A DNA stretch of 43,729 nucleotides from Candidatus Omnitrophota bacterium. Its GTDB lineage: Bacteria; Ratteibacteria; UBA8468; MWAK01. The notes below the pieces were generated by a model. The model was given only the letters and a program-made list of their open reading frames with translations, was not told the DNA's origin and did no database searches. Below are positions 1-10,286 of this stretch, one piece after another. The first letter of the stretch is position 1. Every line of letters begins with the position of its first letter. Position numbers and translations under genes: made by a program. The stretch spans positions 1 to 43,729 of the forward strand of contig JAZDPL010000071.1 of the NCBI GenBank assembly GCA_043797665.1. The letters run 5' to 3'.

Positions 1-1
1 T

Positions 2-559
2 CGGGTACCAAAAGTAACCGCGGATTTGGTCTCTACGGATAATATTGAAGGGGGCAGGTTAGCCACAGAAATTCTGATTCAAAAAAAAGGCAAAAAGATT
101 GGCTTCCTCTGTGGCGCCCCCCATCCCTCCAGTTCCCAGGAGAGGCTCTTGGGATACCGGAGAGCGCTCCAGGATAACAGCATAAGGTACAATACCCATT
201 TAATCAGGTATAATACTTATTTGGGTAAGAAGGGTGTCCCTTTAGACTTTGACTTTGGTTCCCAATCAGCCAGTACTCTCATTCACCTGGGGATTGACAG
301 TATCTTTGTGGCTAACGAACCTATCACCGTAGAAGTGATGAAAGCGGTTAAGGAGAGTAAAAAAGAAATAAAGGTAGTCTCCTTTGACGAACCCAAAATT
401 CCACCCCACCTGCCCCATCCCATCGCTTTCGTTACCCAGCCCCGGCAGGTGATTGGCCGGGTCGCGGGTCAGATACTTCTGGAAAGAATCAAAAGAGGGA
501 ACTCAAACGAACCGGCAAAACGAATCAGCCTTGCTCCTCAACTTATTAAGTTTTTCTGA
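2..559 (+). CDS. LacI/GntR-type transcriptional regulator, C-terminal sugar-binding domain (5'-truncated by the window edge)
   Basis: Frame is open from position 2 (RVPKVTADLVSTDN). Motifs V.TDN..GG.LA, ERLLGY..AL, IF.ANE, VVSFD and QP...IG..A..ILLERI are typical of LacI-family effector domains. Confidence 0.85.
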   Translation, partial: RVPKVTADLVSTDNIEGGRLATEILIQKKGKKIGFLCGAPHPSSSQERLLGYRRALQDNSIRYNTHLIRYNTYLGKKGVPLDFDFGSQSASTLIHLGIDSIFVANEPITVEVMKAVKESKKEIKVVSFDEPKIPPHLPHPIAFVTQPRQVIGRVAGQILLERIKRGNSNEPAKRISLAPQLIKFF

Positions 560-574
560 AGGAGGTGATATAAC

Positions 575-742
575 GTGAAAAATAGAAGAAACCAACAAAC
601 CATACTCCACAGCGGTCAAACTATGGTAAACTACTTATTCTGTGACGGTCATGTGGAGTCCTTGAGGCCGTTGGATACTTTAGGCCCTGGCGGTACTATG
701 ACTCAGCCCAGGGAAATGTGGACCAGGGTAGCCGGAGATTAA
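575..742 (+). pseudogene. 55-aa remnant of a prepilin/H-X9-DG protein (basic leader fused directly to the C-terminal motif)
   Basis: AGGAGGTG RBS at 560-567 and GTG at 575. Translates MKNRRNQQTILHSGQTMVNYLFCDGHVESLRPLDTLGPGGTMTQPREMWTRVAGD*. NYLFCDGHV matches the tails of the intact paralogues. Not in the ORF track. Confidence 0.75.
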
Positions 743-780
743 TCACAAGTGGAAATTTACCTTACAGGGGGAGGAGTGGT

Positions 781-3700
781 ATGAGACGCGTATATCTGAG
801 TGTTCTGGTATTCCTGACGATGTTTGCCATATGTGAAGTTGCAAAAAGTGCGGGTAGTGATCAAACGCTGACAGCACCTCCCGCCCCATATAAGACCGTC
901 GTCAAAACAGACAGCGTCATAAAAGTTGAGCCGGCCGTGAGGGAAGACGGCATTTTTTACGGCGACAAAGGGCTTATCGTCAATAAATCCGGCCTGCTCA
1001 TTCTTATGGCGGGAAACAAGATAGGCGAATTTTTCATCTATTTTTCTACTCCGTATTCTCCGTGGATAACAACGAATTTCAAGGATTTTCAGGAGGGCAA
1101 AACAGAAAGGAATCTGAAAGACCGGGAATTCATTTATACGGCCGTTTTCCCATTGGAAAAAGAAGGGACAGAGAATATGCCATATGGCAAATATCAACAA
1201 AAAGTAAAAGTAACTAAAGACAATAAAATAAGTATATCTTATAAATATTCCGTCCCCGAAGACCTGGGAAAAAACATTAAGGACACCTGCATGTTTTTCT
1301 GTATGCCTTTCGGTGTGGCAGCTTCTAAAAAATTTGAAGTTGACGGAGAAACTTTTGTAATATCCGATAAACCGGGTGAAGTAAAAAATTTATTTGAAGG
1401 CCGGGCAAAAACATTGGTGTTCAATCCGGGAAATCCGGAAACAGAATTTTCTCTAGAAATGACTTCTGATATGTTATTCCGGCTTGAGGAGACGCCAGAA
1501 AATATCTCTCTAAGGTTTGGTATGTTATGTAAAGCCGAGGAGGAAATTTCTTTCACCCTTGATTTAAGCAAAGTTTTGGAATCATCCCTTGTGGAGTCGA
1601 AAGACTTTCATTCAGGAGTGGATTTCTGGAAATCTGACCGGCTTCACGTTCCCGATTACAGCAAGTCCGTAAATCTGGCACAGAACCCGTCATTTGAAGC
1701 GGGGCTTAGATATTATGTCCTTCATACCACCTGGGGATGTTTCAAGAACAGAAGCAAACCGGTCTTTTCCGTAGACGAAAATGTCGCTAAATTCGGTAAC
1801 GGCAGTCTGGTGATAAACGCTTTTAAGGGAGAAGGTGCAAATAAAACGGGCTTTCTCCAAACCTTTGCCATACCCGTGTCTGAAGGTAAAAAATATACGG
1901 TCAGTTTTTACGCTAAAGGAAACAGAACACAACTTTACCTTAACTTAAGGAGTGTTACCGGAGCATGGCCGGTCTTTCCGGATTTCGCTAAGGAGGGGAG
2001 CAATATCTCAGTAAACGACCAAGGTGAAAGGTCTACTCCTACCCTCGGTATCACCGAGGACTGGAAAAGGTACGTCTACACTATTACTGCCCCAAACCGT
2101 GTTTTTACCCTGCTTATGGGGGTAAGTTATTATGGGGACGACCCTTCCGGGGAAGGCACGGTATGGGTTGACGGTCTTCAGGTGGAGGAAGGGGATAAAG
2201 CCACTGATTATGTTGAAAAACCTCTGCACGGTATCCTTCTTACCTCAAATCCCGATAATTTTTTGAGCGTTGAGGACAAGAAAATTGATGCCAGACTGAA
2301 AATTACCGCTCCCGCAAATACGGAAGGCAGTGTAACATGTGAAATTGAGGATTTCTTTTACCAGAAAATCTGGAAACAGAAATTCAACTTTAGCACGGAT
2401 GCGAAAGGAATTTTCGTGGTAAGTCTGCCGATAGAGAATCTGCTGGGCAAGGGAGTGTATATTGTGCGGGCTGATTTTGAGTTGAGCAATGGATATAAAG
2501 ACACCGACTTCTTCCGCATTTCCAGAATGGAATTTCTCAAAAACACTCATAAGAACAAAGATATCTTCGGTTCGAATATAGTGACTTATATTTCAAGGGC
2601 CAATGATGTTCTGAAGAGATGCCGGGACATCGGGTTCGGTTCCGCCAATTATGGAGCATACGACTTAAATAAGGATTATTTTGACCATATCGCTGAATAC
2701 GGCATATCATTCAGCGGACCGGTCGGAACGGTATCTGACGGAGGACATGGAAGTATTACAATTCCCGGGAAAGTTCTGATAGAAGGACTTTACGCAGTAG
2801 AAAGTGTTTCTCCGGAATTGGGGAAAAAGGTTGAAGATGCCTGTTATGAAAAAGCCGAAGCATATCCCTGGGTGAATACTTGGTGCCTGTCTTCAGAATC
2901 GGAGGGGAGATACGAACTTATCAAACAGGGGAAATTCCGGGATTTCGCAAAATTGCTCATGGCATGTTACCGGGGCGTCAAGCGTTTTGATCCGGAGAAA
3001 AAGGTGCAACTTGAGGGTGGACCCTGCAACATGATGCCCCAGGGTGGGACACGGCTTATAGACAGCTATCTTACCGGTGTGAATGGTGAAGTGAAATTTG
3101 ACGCCGTTTGCATTCATCCCTACCGAACCACGCCGGAAAATCCCGACCTGGACGATGATGCGGCGGCGTTCTTCGCGGTGCTGGATAAACACGGTTACCA
3201 GAACATGCCCGTCTACTGGAATGAAGGCATCTTTTATACATATTACAATATTCCGGCCTGGGGTCTTGACCCTCACAAGGGATGTTCCACAGACCACCAC
3301 CGGGCCGGTTGTCCGAGTTATCATATGGGCTGGGGCGAAAGAATTTCCGCGGCTTACTTTGCCCGAAGCTGGCTGGTGGCGCTGAAATACCAGTACCGGG
3401 TCAAACAATTTAACGGATGGTGCTCCTGGATGGAGATGGACGCCTATCTTACGCCGCTTGCCCTGCAGAAAATACCCAATACGTTAGGGCACCTTTTAGG
3501 CAATGCGGTTTTCAGAAAAGACATCCGTTTTGCTCCCGAAATAAGGTGCTACGTATTTGAGGACGAAAAACAAAGGCCGGTAGCCGCCTTGTGGTCGCAC
3601 CAGCCTAAGGTTGACCGGGGTTATGAGAACAGCCCGGTCGGACGTTTCAAGTTTGACGGAGTATCCATGGAAATCTTTGACTTGATGGAAAATAAACGTT

Positions 3701-4806
3701 CTGTCAGGAACGATACGTCGGGATTCACGGATATTCCCATTTCACCTTTCCCGCTTTTCATCCGGGGCGGGGCGGGAGAACTGGCAAGCCTCTGCAAGTC
3801 TATCCAGAACGGTCGGATTATTGATTCCGACAAGGCAGTGATTCAGATTTCAGCCAAACCTTTGGATTCATCCGAACTTGAGGTTGAATTCAGAAACCTT
3901 GTTACCAGGGAATTTAGAGGAAAAGCGGCCATAAAACTCCCGAATGAAGTCATAGAAAAAAATATCCAGGTGAAGGGAAAGTCTGTTGAAACCCTGATTA
4001 TACCCCTGCGGGAAAAAATCCCGTCTGACAGAATCGCTGAAATCAACCTGCCGGTTACCTTGACGGAAGAGGGGGGTAAACCGTTGGCCGCTAACCTTTC
4101 GTTCAATGCGTTTGCCGTGAAAAAACTGCAAGGGAAAATCGCGGTTGAGGGGAACGCCGGGGATTGGAAGGACATTCCGGCCATCCGTGTTAAAAACAGG
4201 AATATCAGCACAACCAGAGATACTGACAAACTTGAAAAAGTCGGCTATGAAGGTGACCATGAAGCTGAATATCAGATGGCGTGGGATGATGAATATCTTT
4301 ACCTGAGAGTCAAAGTTACCGACGATAAATTCTTTCATAACCCGAATCCAAAAAGTGGCGTCGGCGGAAGATGGGACAATGATTGCCTGCAGGTCTATAT
4401 TGACACTCTCGACGACGCCCGCAGCAAGGAGACAAGAGGATTTGACGGGAACGATTACAATTATGATTTTTTCCCGAATGAAGACGGCACTCTGACCGTG
4501 TTCCGGCGTTTTGCGCCGGAACAGCAGATAGCCGGAGGGCTTTTTGCGCCGAAGCCAAACATGGTAGAGCCGGAAATTAAAGGGACATTCCGGAAGACGG
4601 GAAAAGGTTATATCTATGAAATCGCTTTCCCGAAACATCTTATTGCCCCGGTACAGTTAAAGGCGGGAAGCGTTTCCGGTTTTGCGATATATATAGCCGA
4701 TCATGACGGTAGTTATCTCAAGAGCGCGCTCACAACCACGTCTCCGGGGACGGGCGGATACATGAACCCGCATCTTTACCCGGTTATGATTCTTGTTGAA
4801 AGATAA
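781..4806 (+). CDS. Large secreted multidomain glycoside hydrolase-like protein (CBM4/9-like domain, clan GH-A-like barrel, C-terminal CBM9/DOMON-like domain)
   Basis: GGAGGAG RBS before ATG 781; signal peptide MRRVYLSVLVFLTMFAICEVAKSA. NLAQNPSFE...VWVDGLQVEEG (CBM-like); FDAVCIHPY and PVYWNEG (GH-A-like); AWDDEYLYLRVKVTDD, WDNDCLQVYID and YIYEIAFP (CBM9-like). Confidence 0.75.
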   Translation: MRRVYLSVLVFLTMFAICEVAKSAGSDQTLTAPPAPYKTVVKTDSVIKVEPAVREDGIFYGDKGLIVNKSGLLILMAGNKIGEFFIYFSTPYSPWITTNFKDFQEGKTERNLKDREFIYTAVFPLEKEGTENMPYGKYQQKVKVTKDNKISISYKYSVPEDLGKNIKDTCMFFCMPFGVAASKKFEVDGETFVISDKPGEVKNLFEGRAKTLVFNPGNPETEFSLEMTSDMLFRLEETPENISLRFGMLCKAEEEISFTLDLSKVLESSLVESKDFHSGVDFWKSDRLHVPDYSKSVNLAQNPSFEAGLRYYVLHTTWGCFKNRSKPVFSVDENVAKFGNGSLVINAFKGEGANKTGFLQTFAIPVSEGKKYTVSFYAKGNRTQLYLNLRSVTGAWPVFPDFAKEGSNISVNDQGERSTPTLGITEDWKRYVYTITAPNRVFTLLMGVSYYGDDPSGEGTVWVDGLQVEEGDKATDYVEKPLHGILLTSNPDNFLSVEDKKIDARLKITAPANTEGSVTCEIEDFFYQKIWKQKFNFSTDAKGIFVVSLPIENLLGKGVYIVRADFELSNGYKDTDFFRISRMEFLKNTHKNKDIFGSNIVTYISRANDVLKRCRDIGFGSANYGAYDLNKDYFDHIAEYGISFSGPVGTVSDGGHGSITIPGKVLIEGLYAVESVSPELGKKVEDACYEKAEAYPWVNTWCLSSESEGRYELIKQGKFRDFAKLLMACYRGVKRFDPEKKVQLEGGPCNMMPQGGTRLIDSYLTGVNGEVKFDAVCIHPYRTTPENPDLDDDAAAFFAVLDKHGYQNMPVYWNEGIFYTYYNIPAWGLDPHKGCSTDHHRAGCPSYHMGWGERISAAYFARSWLVALKYQYRVKQFNGWCSWMEMDAYLTPLALQKIPNTLGHLLGNAVFRKDIRFAPEIRCYVFEDEKQRPVAALWSHQPKVDRGYENSPVGRFKFDGVSMEIFDLMENKRSVRNDTSGFTDIPISPFPLFIRGGAGELASLCKSIQNGRIIDSDKAVIQISAKPLDSSELEVEFRNLVTREFRGKAAIKLPNEVIEKNIQVKGKSVETLIIPLREKIPSDRIAEINLPVTLTEEGGKPLAANLSFNAFAVKKLQGKIAVEGNAGDWKDIPAIRVKNRNISTTRDTDKLEKVGYEGDHEAEYQMAWDDEYLYLRVKVTDDKFFHNPNPKSGVGGRWDNDCLQVYIDTLDDARSKETRGFDGNDYNYDFFPNEDGTLTVFRRFAPEQQIAGGLFAPKPNMVEPEIKGTFRKTGKGYIYEIAFPKHLIAPVQLKAGSVSGFAIYIADHDGSYLKSALTTTSPGTGGYMNPHLYPVMILVER

Positions 4807-4844
4807 GAAGATAATGTTTAAACAGCTGCAAAATTGGACCCTGT

Positions 4845-6104
4845 ATGTATCTCCCTACTGACGATTCTCTCGTACGGACAATGGTAGAAAAAACAACCGA
4901 AATTCCGGTGCTGGATAGCCATCAACATCTCGGACCTGAAGAACCAGTAGTAACTGACCTATGCAGGTTGATGGTAAATGACAATTATCTGGCAACCGAC
5001 CTTGTTTCTGCGGGAATGGATACAACAACTATGAAATGTATAGCGGATACATCAATTCCTCTCTCAAAACGATGGGATTTGTTATTCCCACTGTGGCAGA
5101 AGGTTAAATATGGCTCATACGCTCAGGCAGAATTGGTTACATTACGAGATTTATATGGAATGGACGAGATGAGTGGTTCTAAAGTAATAGGAGTATCAAA
5201 ACGCCTTTCCCATGATTTTCAAACACCTGGTCTTTTCCGAAGGGTTCTCTGGAAGAAGTGTGGCATTAAGGTTGTTCTTACCCAAGGAGGATACTTCCAT
5301 CACGAAAATCCCGTGTTTTTCAATGTTAGTCGTCCCCTAGACAGGGCTGATTTCTCGTCTGGCGGAACGTTTGAAGATGATGCTCACAAGGTTGGAGTGA
5401 ACATACAAACAGTGGATGACCTTGTGCCGGCAATGGATGCACTTCTTCGCCACCACTCCAGTCAGGGAGCCGTTGGTTTCAAAATCGCTGCTTTACCATG
5501 GAGTGAACCATCATCTCGTGAACTGAAAATGGCTTTCTCTCACAGGGAACAGAAAATCACCAATCCATATACTACAACTAACCCGCTCATTCGTCTGTAT
5601 GTCTCGCGAATTGCAACCCTGGCAGAAGAATTGAATCTCACTGTGGCTGTCCATACAGGAGCCCCATGGACGAACTGGCTGGATTACAGAATTTGGGAAC
5701 CAACATCTCTCATCCCCCTATTTTCATGTTTCCGCAATACACGGTTTGACCTCTACCATGCAGGTATCCCGTATGGAACACAGGCGAGTTTGCTTGCTAA
5801 AGTTTTTCCTAATGTCTGGCACAACCTTACCTGGGCTCACATTATCAGCCCGGAACTGGCTATGCGGAGTATTGCTGAGTGGCTTGACCTTGTTCCTCTG
5901 AATAAGGTGTTGGGTTTTGGTGGCGACTATACAAATGAAACCGTTATCCTGACGTATGGACATCTAATGATAGCACGAACCAACCTCTGCAGGGTACTCA
6001 GTTATCGTGTGAAGTGTGGACAGATGGAAGAAGAGGACGTACTCAGAGTGTTAAAATCCTGGCTTTATGAAAATCCCTATCAGTTGTATAGAATGGGTAG
6101 GTAA
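4845..6104 (+). CDS. Amidohydrolase-superfamily protein (uronate isomerase-like)
   Basis: Metal-binding D-S-H-Q-H near the N-terminus, plus VAVHTG, FDLYHAG and LGFGGDY. Confidence 0.8.
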   Translation: MYLPTDDSLVRTMVEKTTEIPVLDSHQHLGPEEPVVTDLCRLMVNDNYLATDLVSAGMDTTTMKCIADTSIPLSKRWDLLFPLWQKVKYGSYAQAELVTLRDLYGMDEMSGSKVIGVSKRLSHDFQTPGLFRRVLWKKCGIKVVLTQGGYFHHENPVFFNVSRPLDRADFSSGGTFEDDAHKVGVNIQTVDDLVPAMDALLRHHSSQGAVGFKIAALPWSEPSSRELKMAFSHREQKITNPYTTTNPLIRLYVSRIATLAEELNLTVAVHTGAPWTNWLDYRIWEPTSLIPLFSCFRNTRFDLYHAGIPYGTQASLLAKVFPNVWHNLTWAHIISPELAMRSIAEWLDLVPLNKVLGFGGDYTNETVILTYGHLMIARTNLCRVLSYRVKCGQMEEEDVLRVLKSWLYENPYQLYRMGR

Positions 6105-6107
6105 CTG

Positions 6108-6480
6108 GTGGACGGCGACTGGCCGGGGCCGTGTTATTGCCCGAGGTGTGAAGCACGCTTCCGCAAGAAGACCGGTTATACCGGAAAAATGCCGGATTAC
6201 GATTTGAAGACGCCGGAAGGAATCGCCTGGCGGCAGACATGGTGTGATATCACCATCGAATGGCGCCAACGGTTAAAAACCCTGATTAAATCGTTGAAAC
6301 CAGACTGCCTGTATAGTTCAGGCAATATCAATCCGCACAGCCGGGCAACACCTGCACTTGACTGGCGTTCCGGAGATTTCTTCAGTCCAGTTTTGCCCAG
6401 AATTATGCAGAGCATTGCCATGCGGCGGTATACCACCCAGAACGTTCCTTATAGCGCAGAAATCGTGGATACCGCGTCGA
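6108..6480 (+). pseudogene. Internal fragment of a GH-like gene with a Cys cluster
   Basis: Starts mid-domain (DGDWPGPCYCPRCEARFRKKTG), parallel to FDG...CICPDCRQKFETETG in 26932-29082. No RBS and no N-terminus. Right boundary approximate. Confidence 0.6.
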
Positions 6481-6484
6481 AGGA

Positions 6485-6645
6485 CTTAATGCTTATGTTT
6501 CCAAATCCGCAAAAAAATATGTGATACCAGCACTCATCTTTGCCTTACCGGAATGGAAAGGAGAAGAATTGGAAGAAAAGGTTATGGCCGGGGGTTTTTG
6601 TGGTACGAAAGTTTATCTGCAATACGCACCTTCATATATCCCAGT
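6485..6645 (+). pseudogene. Probable internal fragment of a second amidohydrolase-family gene
   Basis: IPALIFALPEWKGEELEEKVMAGGFCGTKVYLQYAPSYIP resembles the GF.G.K.Y strand of Amidohydro_2 proteins. Boundaries approximate. Confidence 0.45.
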
Positions 6646-6736
6646 TAAGAACTGGGGTAAGGCGATAATTGCCGCCGGCCTCCTTTATCAAAGGATTAGG
6701 AAGAGAAGGGTTGGTTGTTTTGCTAAAAGAAAGTAC

Positions 6737-6764
6737 TTGACAGACCTTGATGGGGTAATAGAAT
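6737..6764 (+). promoter_or_regulatory. Sigma70-type promoter upstream of the prepilin gene
   Basis: TTGACA-16 nt-TAGAAT, followed by AAGGAG RBS motifs before ATG 6805. Confidence 0.5.
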
Positions 6765-6804
6765 ATCGGTTGGGAAAACTCCTTAAAAAGGAGAAAGGAG
6801 AAAA

Positions 6805-7569
6805 ATGGTTAAGAAGATGCTGAATCGGGTGGTTAGGATGTTTAACCCGGTCAGAATGGGGCAGAAGGTAGGGAAGATGGGTATTGACCCGTTTGTAACA
6901 CGCATACCCGTACCACAGAATTCTCAATATGTGTGGACCAAACACAAAAACGGATTCACCCTCATCGAGCTTTTGGTCGTCATCGCTATCATCGCCCTTT
7001 TGGCCGCGATGTTACTGCCGGCGCTCAATCAGGCCAGGGAGAAGGGCAGGCAGACAAAGTGCTTGAATAATTTAAAGCAGATCGGTTTGGCTATGATACT
7101 GTATACTGAGGATTACGACGACTATTTGCCTCCGGTAAGTCCTGTTGGCGGACAGTGCTGGGCACATCTGTTGGCACCGTACGTTAATGTTGCAACCGTG
7201 TCGGCCGCTACCAAGTCCGGCACAGTATGGCAATGCCCCTCTCGTGGGGACTATCCTGGTTATTATGGTTGGAAAATTCACTATATGAAAAATGTTTACA
7301 TCGGTGACTTCGGAAATATCTGTTGGGCCCCCGCCGTATGGAAATTGTCACAACTGAAAAATCCTACCGAAGTACTTTTTGCGGCTGATTCCAGAAAACG
7401 TCCTTCCCCTGAGTATGGAGAGATTTCCCCTTGGAACAGCCTACAGACGGCCCTTGCAGATTACCACACCGGTGGAGCAAATCTTCTCTTTTGCGATGGA
7501 CATGTGCAGTGGTACCTGAAAGCAGACGCGGTGAGTAAAAACGATGACTTTTTATGGAATAATCGGTAG
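6805..7569 (+). CDS. Prepilin-type N-terminal cleavage/methylation protein with C-terminal H-X9-DG motif (DUF1559-like)
   Basis: [29 protein letters not shown]....CLNNLKQIG; central [17 protein letters not shown]. Confidence 0.92.
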   Translation: MVKKMLNRVVRMFNPVRMGQKVGKMGIDPFVTRIPVPQNSQYVWTKHKNGFTLIELLVVIAIIALLAAMLLPALNQAREKGRQTKCLNNLKQIGLAMILYTEDYDDYLPPVSPVGGQCWAHLLAPYVNVATVSAATKSGTVWQCPSRGDYPGYYGWKIHYMKNVYIGDFGNICWAPAVWKLSQLKNPTEVLFAADSRKRPSPEYGEISPWNSLQTALADYHTGGANLLFCDGHVQWYLKADAVSKNDDFLWNNR

Positions 7570-7614
7570 CAGGGTATTTGTTAGGAGATTAATACTGTTA
7601 CGGAGGGAAAGAAA

Positions 7615-10039
7615 ATGAAAAAATTGATAATTTTAGTACTGGGGATTAACCTCATCTTTATGGTAAAAACAGGTGCCCAGGAAAGAGGTCTGGTTGCTTA
7701 CTGGAATTTTGATGAAGAAAAAGGAGATACCGTCCCTGACCTCTCCGGAAATAAAAATGATGGAATAATAAAAGGAGAACCGGGGAGAGTTAAAGGAATA
7801 AAGGGAAAGACTCTGGAACTTGATGGCGATGATTATATTGATTGTGGAAATAATGAAAGTCTGAATAATTTTGGAACCGGAGGGATTACGGTTGAATCCT
7901 GGGTATATGTTACCAAAGACCCATCCGTCTCTTACTCTTATCCTTCAATTGTTGAAAAAAGCTTTGGTGATTTTACAGATGCTCCGATCAAGCAAAAAGG
8001 ATTTAATTTAATTGTTACTACCACTGGTGGATATGGCAAAGTAATCTGGTGGGCAATTGGAGATGGAACCGGATATAATTCCACATCCTATTCTCCTTCT
8101 CAATTAACAGAAAGGTGGATTCATATTGTCGGAACTGCGGATAGCGCCTCAGAAAGCAGTCCCAGATTAAAATTGTACTTGGATGGTGCCCTGGCGGCTT
8201 CTGTCCCAAGAATTTATTTAGGTCCCATAGATGTTGGTTCAAAAAATTTGTATTTAGGTGTCTGGAAGAGTATGGAAAGATATTTCAGCGGTATTATTGA
8301 CGAAGTGAAAATTTATAATCGCGCATTGAAAGAGGAAGAGATAAAAGCAGGTTATGAGGAAAAGACAAAGGATTATGTTAAAACAATTACTTCCCCTCAA
8401 AAAGAAATCCCATTGCCGGAAATCATTGTAATTCCAACACCAAAAGAATTAAAATCAACCGGAGAAGAAATTCTCCTTACTTCCTCAGGGAAAATTTTAT
8501 TTGATGTTTTGTTAAGTGATTCTCCCGCGGAGACGGAAAAAATCGCGGCTCAGGAATTAGCCGGTGAAATATTTAAAATCTCGGGAATTAACCAAGGAAT
8601 AAAATTCTTAAGTGAAAAAGAACCTTCTGATAAACAAATTTTTTTGCCCTCGGAACGAACCTCTCTTTATTTAAAAAATATAATGTAAATCCACCAGCAA
8701 AAAAGGAAGGGTATACGATTAAAAAAATCAAGGATGGTGATCAGGAAATAATTTTCCTTGCCGGTAGTGACAAAACAGGCGTTTACTGGGCAGTCCAGAC
8801 TTTTTATCAACTTATCCAAAAAAAGAAAAATGAAATTGTTCTGAAAGTATGCGAAATAAATGACTGGCCTACTTATGCCATACGGGGAATAGGCACGGCA
8901 GGAGATGATGAAAGACCTGTCCGCTATAAATCAAATACTTTGATGAGCCACTGGTATTATCCGAATGACCTTTATAATCGCTGGGACAATCCGGGCAATA
9001 ATTATATAAGTGACATTCAAAAAATGAGTGAATTCGCGGTGAAAAGAGGCATTAACGTAATGCAAATCTTAAATCCGGTCTGGGTTGAAGGTCACGAAAA
9101 GGGTGGTGAGAAGAAGATAAGGTGTTCCAGCCAGGAAGACCTGGATAAACTTTTTAAGGTATATAAATTAAGCCTTGATAAAGGGAGCAGGATTGTTTCT
9201 TTTTTCTTTGATGATTTCGTTTCTACCGGCGATGAAAAAGGCCAGCTATTCCTGACGCAACCTGAAGACCGGAAGTTCTTTGAAGGAAACATCGGCAAGG
9301 CACATTGCTATGCCCTGAAAGAATTATCTGAAAGAGTAAAGAAAGATTTTCCTGATTGTGAAATTACTTTTTTACCAGGACCCTATCAGGACATTCCCGG
9401 ACCGGAACATTATTATTTTAAGGAATTTAAGGATGCGCCACCGGATACCATATTTCACTGGACCGGACCTTCCCCAGGTAACAATGCGGTATCCCTCAGT
9501 TACACGGAAGAACAGTGCAAAAATTATCAGTCAGGCATTGGTGGAAGAAGATTTGTAATCCATGACAATGCCCCTGGCCATCTGCACACAACAAGCGGTG
9601 TGCGAATGTTTGACCTCTATGCTGAAAAATATGATGGTCTATGGAAATACTGTTATGGAATTCAGGCGATGGTTGGTTTCTCTCCGGTATCGGAATTGAT
9701 GAACTACGATGCCATAATGGCGGCTGAGTATATGTGGAATGCGGAAAACTACCAGCCGGAATTGTCGCGCCGGAAAATATTGGCTGTCATGGCCGGTAGA
9801 GATGCTATTGAGTACCTATTAGTTTTCCGGGAAATTTATTTCCGGATACTGGAAGAATATGTGGAGAAAAAACCGCCATATCCTTTGGAAGAAAGGGTAA
9901 ACAATCTCAAAATGGGAATGGAAGTGATGAAAAAGTCTCTGGAAGAGATTAAAAAAAATGCCCAAACGCAAAACTGGTAAAGGAATTGGAAGAAAATTAT
10001 TACCGGTTGACCGAGAGGGTGGTTCTGGAAGGTATTTGA
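7615..10039 (+). pseudogene. Secreted LamG + GH20-domain-2-like + GH84-like hydrolase, split by two single-base frameshifts
   Basis: Signal peptide; LVAYWNFDE...FSGIIDEVKIYNRAL (LamG); VIPTPK. After the T7 run at 8639-8645 the shifted frame continues EGY...LAGSDKTGVYWAVQT...INDWP...RG into ORF 8940-9980 (FFFDD, FHWTG, AEYMWN). After the A8 run at 9951-9958 another shift continues CPNAKLVKELEENY...EGI* to 10039. Confidence 0.75.
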
Positions 10040-10213
10040 AAGGGGGAGAGCACAATGAGAAAAATAGCAAAGATTATGGGACGGCAAGGTGTCAATACTA
10101 CCTGGGATGTTAATGGACAATAGAAAATACACTCAAACTCCATACTTATCTGAAGGATGGAGTAAATATCTGCCCATCTTTTCTGGGGAGAAACTGTGGT
10201 AAACCAAACAGAT

Positions 10214-10250
10214 GGGATTGCCCCGCTCCCTTTGGTCGCTCGCAATGACA
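10214..10250. repeat. Short palindromic repeat element (GGGATTGC...GCAATGACA type)
   Basis: ATTGC/GCAAT stem with a GACA end; same architecture as 37683-37712. Lies between convergent genes. Confidence 0.55.
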
Positions 10251-10286
10251 GGCACGGTGTTCATTGAGAATTTACTATATAACTTC

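Noticed and set aside
718..780. GTG 718 as start of the 1362-aa ORF (likewise 23518, 29048, 35901 and 37643 for other genes)
   Set aside because: Downstream ATGs fit better, based on RBS, translational coupling, or signal/leader peptide position.
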